A stretch of 64,000 bases of DNA. Origin: Azolla caroliniana (Eukaryota > Plantae > Polypodiophyta). The DNA is taken from positions 3,534,001-3,598,000 of the forward strand of contig JBHGNT010000022.1 of NCBI GenBank assembly GCA_043228905.1, read 5' to 3'. Shown here piece by piece: positions 46,801-58,815 of this stretch (position 1 is the first letter of the stretch; each line of letters starts with the position of its first letter). A program made the position numbers and the translations under genes. The notes beneath the pieces were generated by a model, which was given only the letters and a program-made list of their open reading frames with translations, was not told where the DNA came from and did not search any database.

Positions 46801-49800
46801 ACTCCCTTCGAGCGGCAGTACTCCTCAAACTACCCCCGGTATTCTCCTCTATTCTCTACTCGAACCGCCTTCAGCCTACGACCGATGTCTCTTTCCACTC
46901 TTGCGTGGAGCTCCTTGAAGACGGATAACACCTGATCCTTCGTCTTCAACGGTGTGACCCATAGCTTCCGGCTCTGGTCGTCTATGAATGTCATGAAGTA
47001 CTGCGATCCGCCATGTGACTTCGTGTCCACTTGACACACATTGGTATGCACCAGCTCCAGTGGTGCATTACGTCTCATCGGTGGCCTTGATCGGAAGGAG
47101 GTCTGGTTTTGCTTACTAGCCAGGCAGTCGGTGCACCTCTAAAGATGCACGTCCTTCACCGGAATGAGGTTGTCATCAGCAAGCCTCCTCATCCCCTTCT
47201 CGCACATGTGACACTGTCTCTTGTGCCACAGGTCACCAGTAGTGTCAAAAACAACGTTTACTTCTTCCGGGCATAACCATGCATTCATCAGGTATAGTGT
47301 GTTGACCTTCCGAGCCCGAGCCACTATCAGACTCCCCTTGCTGAACTTCATGACACCGTTCCAGATGCTACCCGTGTAGCCTTCATCATCTAGCCGACCG
47401 GCTGATATCAGGTTCAGACGAACTTCCGGAACGTGTCGGATATCCTTCAGCAGCAACTTGCATCCGGTTAGTGGTGACAACCACACGTCTCCTATGCCGA
47501 AAATTTGGCATGTACCTTCATTCCCCATCCGGACACAGCCGTGATCATCGGCTATGTAGGATGAGAAGCATTTCCAGTCCGGGGTCAGGTGGAACGACGC
47601 TACGGAATCGACAACCCATGTTGTCTCGTCGCCGGCAAGGTTTAACTAACTCTCCTCGGTGATGAGCAACAACTCCTCTTCACTTGCCGTCGTTCCCTTC
47701 CGGTCTCGTCCTCTCCGTTCTTTGCCGTTTCGGTCTAGTGACCGCTTTGAATCGGTACTATCGGTTTCCTTGTCTTTCCGGAAATGCCGACAGTTCTTCT
47801 GGAAGTGCCCCGACTTTCCACAGTAGAAGCAAGTGGGCCTTCCCCTTGACTTTGACCGTGTCCCCAACTTTTCCCGGTTCTGGGGATTCCGGTTCCTATT
47901 TCTTGTGTGTTCCGATTTGGTAAGGAGCGCTTTGGAGTCGGAGCTCGTATCCTTGTCTTTCTGACGCGCCTCCTCATCTAGCAAGCTCGACTTGACTCTT
48001 GGTAGGAACAATTGTTTTCCTTCCGGCCCGGCGTTGCCCAAAGTGACAACTAACGTCTCCCAGCTATCTGGGAGGGAACCGAGCAGGAGCAATGCTAGTA
48101 CCTCATCAGTGAGAGGTACTTCCAATGATGTTGCCTTGTGAATCAGCCCCTGGAAGGCATTCATGTGCTCCGCCATGCTGGAGCCATCTTGGTATCGGAG
48201 CCTCACTAGCTTCCGGAATACTGAAACCTGATTAACAGCATTCTTGTTCTGGAACTTGATGACGATCTTCTCCCAAAGCTCATGAGCCTTACTCTCCACA
48301 TTGAAGTTGTTGTACAGGCTCATGTCAATGAAGCACCGGATGTATGCCGTCGTCTTCATGTTCATCACCTCTGTTACGGGCATGACCATTTAATATCCCG
48401 TGGTGAGAATTTACCGTAGTATTCTATACACGTGGATAAGTGTGAGGGTTAAACGATATTGTAAAGAAGGGGAGGATTACTTTTAATCCTCGGGATTGAG
48501 ACAACCCCTTAGGTAGTTCACTTGGAAAAACATCATGAAAATCATTTAAGTTTTCATCAAGTTGTTGTTGTTCAAAATATGTTAATTGAACCGAGACATT
48601 ATCGATATTATAAACGTGAATGTCTGGATCAAGTACACAATAAAATAGAGTAGAACAAGAAAACTCAGATATTGGTGGACACGAGGAAACAATCGAGAGG
48701 GATTGTTTTTTTACACATTGAATAAAATGAGTACAATCGTTCAGTACAAATGTAATTGAATGATGAACCCAATCAATAGATAAAGAAGAGTTTTTATTAT
48801 AAAACCAGTGATTACATTGGTGGTACAAAGATTCATTACATAGAAGTCTACTTCCTCTATATAAGTATCAATAGAAATTCCTAATGAATGAATCGCCCCG
48901 TTGATGTATTGTACTCTTCCATCAGCCAAGTGCACCGTGTAGGTGTGATCACTTACGGTGGGTTGGATTCCCATAACTGAACCAAACGATCATTCACAAA
49001 ATTGTGTGAGCTTCCCGAATCAAATAAAAATTGTACGGGAGATCCATTGATATACCCATTTGCACGTAGTAAATCATTGGGACCCAATACATAGTGAGGG
49101 AAAGAACATTGACAATTACTTAAATGATATGTATAGACCTGAAGGACATTAGGAATCTGACTTTTATGGTCTGCAGCTTTAGCTTTGTTGCCATGCTCTT
49201 TCCATTGGAGCTTTCGACATTGATCTTTTGTATGACCCTTCTTTTTGCAGAATACGCAAAAAGGATGTTGTCGCTTACAATTGCGATCCAGGAATTTGTT
49301 GGGTGTCTTGCGTTTCCCAACAAATTGTGACTGCTTAATCCTGGGTGCTTTGTTGGGTTTATTGTGGTCCTTCGAAGTGTGTTGATAGCGAAGACTATTT
49401 CAACGGCCTCCTCGAAGGATTTTGGATCCTTATCGTGCACTATCAAGTGATAGTCCGAATTGGGGATGCCATTGACAAAACAAGCTATCAACCAATTGTC
49501 CTCTTCTAGACCTGATTTTTGGATTTGGGTTCTAGAATGGTGAACATAATCTTCTAGCGAGGAAAATTTCCTGCTAGAGAGGTTCATTAAAGCTTGTGTT
49601 GCCTCGGTTCGAGAAGGAGGTTGCAGAAATTGGCCCTTAAAAACCGTGACAAAATCTGTCCAGGTATCGGGCAATTTCCCCATAGTACGAAGCCCACGCC
49701 ACCAGACGGCGGCCTTACCCCCGAGTTCTCGGCCGACATATGCAATCTACGTACTATTTGGCATGGGATAGAGCTCAAAATGAGACTCCCATCGGCCCAA

Positions 49801-52800
49801 CCACATGCAAATTGCTTCTTTGGTTCTTTCCTTTTTGTCTCCTGTAAATGGCTTAACGACAAACGATGGTTCACCCTGTCGCTCATCAGGTCTATTAGTC
49901 TCACGTTGTAGACTAATGACACGTGCCTCGAGAGCACTTTGAGATTGCCGAAGTTCGGTCATCTGTTGAGCGGTGAAACTAAGGTATTGGGTTATTTGTG
50001 CCAAATACATCTCAGTGGACATTTGTCCAGGAGGATTGCCTTGAGTTCCTTCCGCTTGAGCGGATGACATCGGGTCGTTAATTTGACCCATTAAAGATTA
50101 TTTCTCGAAAAGAAATAGGATAAGGTCAGAGAGATAGTCATAACATCATGTCCTGATGTAAACATATCATGGGCAAACATTAATCGATATCATGATCTCA
50201 CGTCAATACCCCTCTAGACGTATGAGATGAGGTTCAAGATCAGGTTACTATGGTAACACAAAGGTGTTTTAAAAACCATGGGGGTGACAAATAAATGTCT
50301 TTCCCTGATCTCTATATCGATTTTTTCATGGTGGCTCCCCGAGGCTCAACCATGTATGTTCGCGTCATGAATAGTTTATACACGAAAAAAATGTTAACAA
50401 TAAACTATGTTTCGGTGCCCACATATATGGTTTTGGCTCTTTAAGTCCTATTACGAGGACCCCGAGGTGCACTTAGACCTTAAGTCTAAACATGTGTTAT
50501 AGTCATATGTATCAAGGATGTTGTATGGTCTTGGTCATATTTGAACTCGAGACCTCGAGAACAAATACATTAAACACTTGAGCCAACAAAGTGAGTTGCT
50601 CTTCTCGAATGCTTAATGTTTAATGCGTATAAGAGATATGCGAGGCATTTGATCATATATGTTTTTTTTAAAAGAACATATATGTCAAGGGTTCTTATTT
50701 CGCCCTCATTTACCAAACTATGTTGGTATGTTACCTAACCTCAAGTCTCGTAATTACGATGGCATACGCCAAAGTGCAACCTAATGGTCAAACCAAATGA
50801 GCCCTCGTTTCGTAGTAAGCCCACATGGCCCATCACATGGTCACGTCATTACGAATGCCTCTCGTAAGAACGAGCTCATGGTGGCATCGTATCCATGTAA
50901 TGAGGGAGGGATGTTGGAAACGCGTGTCATTGGAGCAACCTCACTTGAAGTGGGTCAAGCCCTACGTACTCAACATCATTATGGCTATAGGCGTTTCTTT
51001 ACGTAACAAAATCGAGGTCATCAATGGGGTTGTCAACAATCAAAAATTGTTGAAAAGGGATGGTGACAACGCCATTCTCACAAAAATGTGAGGACGGCCA
51101 CCAACATCCTTTTCCCGACAAGGGCAACTTTCGATATAATCACGTAATAACGAATATACACATATGTTTACTTATCACATATATACGATCAAATACATAT
51201 ATATGTGACCACATATGCCTATATTAAACATATCGTTATATTAAATAGCCACAAATGATGTGATCGAGATACGTAATCGAGGTATATACCTCTACGCACA
51301 CGAAACATCCACAAATAAGAGATCATCATAATACGCAATTGAGGTATTGACCTCTTACGCATACGAGACCAAACGCATATCCTTTACAACAAATCAAGGT
51401 ATTAAACTCATACGCAAATGTAACATACGTTCGTGAACGTAATACGTAATTGAGGTATTAACCTCGTACGCATACGACACTCATCACATATTATTTATAT
51501 GTCAAACAAGGTATTGACCTCGTGCACATATGTAAACGTTTTAGACAATCAATTAAAGACCACTACAACATCATTGACTTAATGAAAAAAATTGACATAT
51601 AAACTAAACACATGATTAGATGGGAGAAGAGAGAATAGAAAGAAAAAAAATTATTACGGAAAAAGTTACCGAAGTTCTTTGTTGATCGTTGTCTGGATCA
51701 AGGCCGACCGCACATCGATCGATCACCATCAATCAAAAGACAAAAGACAAACAAAGAAACATTAGTACATAAATCTGATACCAAATATTACAGATCTAGG
51801 TACTAAAGTAAGCTTAAGATAAGGATAAACTAATGATAGATAGAAAGGAGAAAGAGAAAGAAGGGTGCCGATCCACCCAACCACCCCCGAGCGAAGGGAT
51901 CGAGACGGACTCGAGCCTCGATCGGCGTCCCATACCACCATCGTGGCGTCGAGTCGTACCTGGTGCTGGCGCGCTTGCTACAATAGTTGACCCACCACAA
52001 GAGCAGAGCCTCACACTTATCCACGTGTATAGAATACTACGGTAAATTCTCACCATGGGATATTAAATGGTCATGCCCGTAACAACCTCCCTCACCGTGG
52101 CATCGATCTTCTCCGGCCTCTTGTCCTCGAACTGAACCGGAAACCAAAGATCTTTAAACACGAGCATGTCCCTCATCTTCGACTTCTACACTAAGTAGTT
52201 GGAGTTGGTGAGCTTCAACATGCTACCAAATGAATCTTCCATTTTCGGTGTCGTTTTGCTCTGATACCAGATTGTAAAGAATATGTGGAATAGTTCTCAG
52301 CCACAAGTGAGTCTTCAATCACTTCGTTAAGAATTACAAACACAGAAATGGGAATGTGGAGATAGATACATGTATACACAAAACACTATAAACAAGAGAG
52401 TACACAAGATGTTAACGTGGAAAACCCTGAGAGGGAAAAATCACGGGAGCCCACAGACTCCAAACTATCACTATAGAGGCAACGACCTCGTGCTCACTCT
52501 CCTCGCCTGGCGGCGGGTACCACAGAGAATCACTCTATGTCTATCTCTGACTCTTTGTTACGCTCTATACAACAGTTACACAAGAATAACTCTATATCAA
52601 CATTGGCCTTAATGCACCATCATCACCAGAGGTGTTTGCCCTAGGTCATATTTATACTAATATGACTATTTACAAATATAGCCCCAATGGACTCTTAGAA
52701 ACATATTTACATATATCTCACTTCATCCGGTGAGAGATTCTCACCGGGTCTACATCATCTGGTTCTCACCGGGTCTTCCTTGCCGGGTACACATCATCCG

Positions 52801-52850
52801 GTTCTCATTGGGCCTTCATCATCCCATCCAGAGGGACCGAAATCCTAACA
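43896..52850 (-). mobile_element. Ty1/copia element B (near full length, degenerate), nested in the gag of copia A
   Basis: LTRs 52850-52273 and 44484-43896; TSD CTTTC at 43891-43895 and 52851-52855; PBS TGGTATCAGAGC near 52269; PPT GAAGGGGGAGTT; gag (CFYCGKSGHFQKNC), INT, RT (LLYVDDML), RH. Confidence 0.93.
48372..52084 (-). mobile_element. Truncated chromovirus copy (family of 16156-23089) bounded by inverted U3 ends
   Basis: TSD ACCTC at 48367-48371 and 52085-52089; 76-bp terminal inverted repeats (48372-48447 and 52009-52084, 1 mismatch). Internally: deleted 5' LTR, PBS TGGTATCAGA, leader, gag and PR, ending before RT. Confidence 0.92.
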
Positions 52851-55399
52851 CTTTCTTCATTGAAGTTGTTGTACAGGCTCATGTCGGTGAAACATCGAAT
52901 GTCTGTCGTTGTCCTCATATGCATTTCTTCCCAAGTAGCGGCATTGATCTTGTCTGGCAGCCAGAGATTTTTAACCAAGAGCATGTCCCGCATCTTCGAC
53001 TTCCATACTGGGTAATTGGAGCTAGTGAGCTTGAACATGCTTCGTTTTGATACCAGATTGTGCGGAAATGGTGCTTGGCCACAACCGAGTCTTAATCACT
53101 CAATGGAAGAAAATAGAAAATAGGAATAAGACGACACAAGATGTTAACGTGGAAAACCCTAATCAGGAAAAATCATGGGAGCCCACAAACTCCAACTATC
53201 ACTATGAGAGGAAGGGCACAATGAGAGACTCAAAGGCAATGACCTCGAGCTCTATGTCTTCGCCAATCGGCGGTTACAACAGAGAGTTATTTCTGTTTCT
53301 CTCTCTCTCTGTCTATTTGTACAATAACAATGATAACAACATACATACACAAACAGTATTGCCCAAGTTATATTTATACTTATATAACTTTGGGCCTATT
53401 TACAAATATGACCTCAACGGTCACGTATGAACAAATTTAATAATATGTTCCTATTTGCTGGTTCATACCGCATCCGGCTAGACTCCTTCCGGATACCTTC
53501 CGGACCCATCAGGTCCGGTTACTTCCTTCGGCTCGTCCAATCCGGCTCATCCAGATCCCATCTGGAGGGACCTGTTTCCCAACAGAGCGAATAAACTCAT
53601 CATGGATGGCAATCGATTGGACAGAGGAGAGAACCGAGAGGAGCTCTTGGCGGGACAGATTTGACAACTCAAGCGGAAGTGGAGCTTGACGACACGAGGA
53701 GCACAGTCCCGGTCGCGGGAAAATGGATCGAGGCCTTTAAGAAACGACATGAAACGTAAGTGGATCTGGAGACCGGGGACGACACCGGCAAGGGCGAGTA
53801 GTCGGTTGAAGACCGAACCGACGACGGGTCGAGCGAGGACGAGTGAAGAACAAGCCGGAATCCTCACCAGTTCTCTGCTTGGCACATGCTGGAGGATGTG
53901 CGGTTTGGTGGGGGTGAATGTCGTGAGGGATTCTGGCTATGAGGAGAAAAAGGACCGTATGCGCATGAACGGGGGTGTGCAAGGACGCACACGGAAATGT
54001 AAAAGCACATGTAGATAACATAGGACTAGTAAGTACTAGGTAGTAGGATTGAATGAGTACTTTTAGTCCCACACGCATAGAGAATAAGGATAATATCCGA
54101 TGGAGTAAACCGGGGGAAATCTCTACCCAAAAAGGGATGGCTTTATGGCGATGTAACGACCTCCCCTTGCTCTATAAAAGGGGAGGTGTGAGATTGTTTG
54201 ATGGATGGATGTTTTGGAAGGACGAAGTGTTGCCAGACCGAGCTCTGCAGACTTTGGCCTTCCTGATCTTTGTTCCTATTGTCGTGTTGTGAGACCTCCA
54301 TCATGTCTTCATGTTTTGAGATCTCTTTGTGCTGGTAGCTCGTATGCACCCAATCGGAGGCCTGCTACTGTGTGTGTGTGTGTTAGGAGCTCGAAGCTCT
54401 ATTTACTGGCCGCGCCTGGGTGTACTTTTTCTTGTTCTCTATTCATTGTTAGTATTTCGCTGAATCTCTTTTGGTACTCGAATATTTCCGAGCTGTTTTC
54501 GTTTGTCGCGTGCTCTTGTTCTTATCTCCGTTCTGTTTCTTTGGTGTGCGCATGCCCGTGTCTGTGAGCCCATGAGCTCATCAATGTTATCCGGCGTACG
54601 GTCTGGGACAATACATATCCCCGAGCCGTGCGCTCACCATTCCAGATTGGATGCGCGTCCGAAAGCCGAACCGGCAGAGGTATCTGGACATCGGTCCGGA
54701 CCACGCTTCTTTTGTCGCTGGCTCCTCGGATAGAGACCCTGGTGATCCAACCCCGTTCCGACTTGTAGTTGCAGATCACTGTGACAACGTCCCGACCGTC
54801 TTACGGATGACTAAGGGTGTGGTGCGTAGTGCAGGCGTAAGCGTGGGGACTATGGAGGTTGGGGAGACAGTTACAACTAACTCGTTACACTATTCTATAC
54901 GGTGCGTATACTTGACATAGAAACAACTCAACATAGATTAATTACGCGAAGCACGTGACGTAGAGAACACTGGAAGTTGGGCAAAACAGAAACTATATTC
55001 AAAACAAAAACACTGGAATACAATAATTCTACGCTCTTTTACAAGTTTTCCATGCCCTTTATATATTGGGTCATGGTCAGTTACGCTTGGCGCGTGAACT
55101 GTTACATGCGTTCATAACTCTCTATTCATTCCTATGGATGGCACCGTTTCCTAATGATTATGCTACGGCCCGTAACCATCCCTGCGTCTTTCCTTTCCTT
55201 CGCCTTTTCCCACATGACCGACCAAGGTGGCCAACACATGGCACGCTTGTGGGATAGTGTTGGCACGGTCGGACCCACTCGTCGTCAAAAATGTTTATGA
55301 TGTTCGGCTATTGACGGTCGGTGTTGGTAGTCGTGATGGGGTTTATCAGAGGTTGCGTTGTAGGCCTGGCATCGATAGGCCCGGTCGCTTCTATGGGTG

Positions 55400-55578
55400 C
55401 GGGATCAGGGAGTCCGCTGGGTTCCGTTGACAATCTTTTTCAAAATGTTTTGCAAGGTTTTATTCGTCGACTCTGCGAGTCCATTCATCTTTGGGTAGTA
55501 CGTGGTTCTCTTTTTGTGCACTATGGTGTAATGGTGGGTGAGCCCTTGAATAACCGCGTTGAGAAAGTGGCCAAATAA
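55400..55578 (-). mobile_element. Gypsy integrase core fragment
   Basis: The minus strand reads ...RTTYPKMNGLAESTNKTLQNILKKIVN... Confidence 0.6.
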
Positions 55579-55920
55579 ATGTTTTCCAAAGTTGTTGTAG
55601 AGGTTTCCTGGTTGTGTTTCATATTCCTAATTATCATTTTATCCTCAACGTGTAGACATCATCCCTAATGATCATTTTGTTTTAGAAGTTATCATTTTAT
55701 CCTAAAGAACTATACCCAATCAAGAATGATCGATTTGGACTAAAAGTTATGATTTTATCCTCAGGATATATACCCAATTGTATATGTTCATGACTTAATA
55801 TTGCTAAATAGCTTACCTTTTTTTTTTAATTTTTCTATTTGAAGTAAACCCAATCACAAATGATCATTTTGATCTATAAATGATCAATTTATTCTCAAGA
55901 CATATGCCCAATCATGAATG
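55579..55920. repeat. AT-rich repeat unit (copy 1), interrupted by copia C
   Basis: Close match to 60730-61075; built from CCCAATCATGAATGATCATTTT...AAGTTATCATTTTATCCT sub-repeats. Confidence 0.85.
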
Positions 55921-55938
55921 TGTTGACATATTTCAGTA

Positions 55939-56018
55939 GTGATGTGTGTGAACACACTTAGGATAGTGATGTGTGTGAACACACTTAGGACAGTGATGTG
56001 TGAACACACTTAGGACAA
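55939..56018 (+). repeat. Three ~27-bp tandem repeats in the copia C LTR U3
   Basis: GTGATGTGTGTGAACACACTTAGGA(C/T)A x3. Confidence 0.85.
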
Positions 56019-58725
56019 TTTTTTCCCTCGTTAGGAGGTTATTCCCTCCTGTTTATATATACTCTCATAACCCTAAAGTGGGTAAGCTTTTTGGGATTCA
56101 AAGCAAGAACCCAACAATGGGATTTGCTTCCTTGATTCTTCCAAGACATTCCCACAAAACCCCTCAGAAATCAGATTTGCTTCCCTTTTCTCTTTGCTTG
56201 TTCATCTTTCAAGTCAAAGAGGTACGTTATTCCCTTTTACTCATTCAACAGTCCATTTTTTACATCAAAATATGTTCAGTCCATGGCCATGGCCGAGAGC
56301 AATGATGTATTTCGGATGCTTTTTGTTGAGGATAAACTGGATGGAACAAATTACCCCCTCTGGGCTTATATGATGCGCCATGTATTAGTAGCAAAGGGGT
56401 TGTGGAATGTGGTTCAAGGGGCTGAAAACATCCTGCTGTTGAGAACACAAATGCTGATGGTACTGATTTTGTCAAGGATGTTGATCATCCTGCTCATGCC
56501 CATGCTACAGTTTCTGTTGTACCAATTGCAAAGCAACTTCGTTCGGATGGCAGAGATGCTCAGGCACATGCTTTGATAGCTTTGTCTGTGAAACGTGCCA
56601 GTATTCCCCATATTCGCTCTTGCAAGACAACAAAGGATGCTTGAGATACTCTTACCACTTTGTACCAACCAAGAACTGAAGCTCGTGTTGCTTATCTCCG
56701 AAAACAATTGGAGAGCAAGAAAATGAATGAAGGTGATTCTATAGACAATTTTCTTACAAAAATCAAAGATTTAAAGGCACAATTAATTTTTGTTGATGAA
56801 ATGATACTTGATAGTTCACTTGTGTAGACCGTTCTAAATGGTCTTCCTAATTCATATCAGAGTTTTTCTTTGACTCTTCGTTTAATGATGAAAGGTAGTC
56901 CCAATGCCTTATCATTTGAGGAGCTACTCTCTGTTTTGTTACAGGAAGATTAGTCTAGGCAAAACAGGTCTATTATGCGTGTTGTAGATCAAGCTTTCCT
57001 AGCTAGTCAGAAGGGCAAAGGTAAATTGAACTCTTCTGCTAGCAAGCAGAGATTTGCTAATAATTCACAAGTAAATGAAAAAAAACAAGAGCAGAAACAA
57101 ATACTGTTTTGCAAATATTGTAAAGGAATTGATCATATTATGAAGAACTATCAAAAATTGGCTACAAAAGAGGCAAAGAAAAAGGAGGCAGGACTCGTTA
57201 TTGCAGAAGTCTCTGCACCAAAAACAGAGTCTGCAAATCTTGTGCAGAATGAAGAATGGGCATTTACTACTGTTTGCAGTTTTGAACCATCTTCACTTCA
57301 ACAATGTATATCTATTGTACAATCAGATGTTTGGTACTTCGACAGTGGGGCAACCAATCATATTACCTCGCAACACAATTTCTTCACTTCATTGGAGCCT
57401 GCCCGCCCCTACAGGGAATACTGTCACATGTGCCAACAACTCATCTTATCCAGTTATGGGTGTTGGTAAGATCATTTTGACTATTGTTGATGGTAGTCCT
57501 TTCATCTTGTCAGATGCTTTGTTTGTGCCAGGGATCAAGAAAAATCTGTTGTCAATTTCAGCATTAGCCAGGGTTGGCTTGGTTGTTAAATTTGTTGATG
57601 ACAGGTGTACGGTTCATGATCTGTCCAATGGGGTTGTTATTATTGCTTCTGGCATTTTATGTTGTGGTCTGTATAAGCTCGTAGATTATGAACGATCTAT
57701 AAATGATTTAACATGTGCAAAGATTTGGCATGCACGCTTTGGTCATCTGAATTTTGCAAGTTTGCTTCGCTTGTAGAAATCTGAAATGGTGTCCTCCTTG
57801 CCCAAACTTGAGGCACCTCGAAAGCATGTTTGTGAAGGCTGTATTTTGGGCAAAATGCAACGTTCATCCTTTCCAAAAGATGGTTCAGTTAGAGCTTCAC
57901 AGAAATTGCAGCTTGTTCATTGCGATGTCTGTGGATCTATGCAGACACATTCTCTTGGGAACTATCTTTATTTTGTGACTTTCATTGATGACTTGTCTAG
58001 GCATGCATGGGTATATCAATTGAAAGCAAAGTCCTAAGTGTTTCTATGCTTCACTTTCTAGCTTTGGCTGAGAATTTGTCAGCATGTAAAATGGGCACCC
58101 TCCGTTTTGATTGAGGGGGGGAGTATATGTCTTCTTAGTTTAATGCATTTTTGGCTGAACGTGGGATAAAACATCAGTGTACAGTGCCATATACATCTCA
58201 ACAAAATGGAGTTGCTAAAAGAAAGAACAGGTCACTCATGGAAATGGCGAGGTGTATGGTCAAAACTCAAACCTGACCACATAGTTTCTAGCTTGAGGAT
58301 GTCATGTGTACAACATATGTACTCAACAGGTGTCCTACTAAAGCACTGCACTCTATCACTCCATATGAAGCTTGGCATGGCCAAAAGCCATCTATTGCTC
58401 ATCTACATGTTTTTGGTTTTTTGGCATATGCATTAGTGCCTAAATAACAACGCAAAAGATTGGATGATAAAGCAGTGAAATGTATTTTTGTAGGATACAG
58501 TTTTGAAAGTAAAGGCTATCATATGTATCATCCACAATCTAAATGCATTTTGGTTAGCCATGATGTTGTTTTTGTGGAGGATGCAATTCACTTCTTTCAT
58601 GTACGAAGGAGACATCAGTTAGCTCCAGAGATGTGTATGACACTTTGTTGCCTCTGTTTACAAGTGGACAGTTAAGTGTTGGCCCACTTGAGGCACCTTC
58701 ACAGCCTTTGGAAGCTACTCATAAT

Positions 58726-58815
58726 GATGCAGATCATTCCATTTCTGATGCAGATCATTCCATTTCTGATGCAGATCATTCCATTTCTAATGCAGATCAT
58801 TCTATTTCTGATGCA
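58726..58815 (+). repeat. 21-bp in-frame tandem repeat encoding (DADHSIS)x4 in the INT-RT linker
   Basis: GATGCAGATCATTCCATTTCT is repeated four times. Confidence 0.9.

Larger units (their letters stand above)
37282..53584 (-). mobile_element. Ty1/copia element A (decayed; hosts further insertions)
   Basis: 5' LTR 53584-53059; PBS TGGTATCAAA near 53055; 3' LTR 37841-37282 with PPT AGGGGGAGT; TSD GAGTG/GAGCG. gag, PR (VVDSGTSFH), INT, RT (LLYVDDML) and RH pieces at 39995-43890 and 37855-38920. Confidence 0.85.
32045..54786 (+). mobile_element. Non-chromoviral Ty3/gypsy pol (RT, RNase H, integrase) plus 3' LTR; outer host of the nested complex
   Basis: RT (YSNRWFMAPKKNGTLRFI, PFLDDIPIK) and RNase H at 32045-33730; integrase at 33780-33926, 36671-37281 and 53585-53760, with frames joining across the insertions; LTR-like tail ending TGTGACA at 54786 resembles 39558-39720. 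Confidence 0.75.

Noticed and set aside
48372-52084. Class II (TIR) DNA transposon
   Set aside because: No transposase. The inverted repeats are LTR U3 sequence and the interior is gypsy leader, gag and protease.
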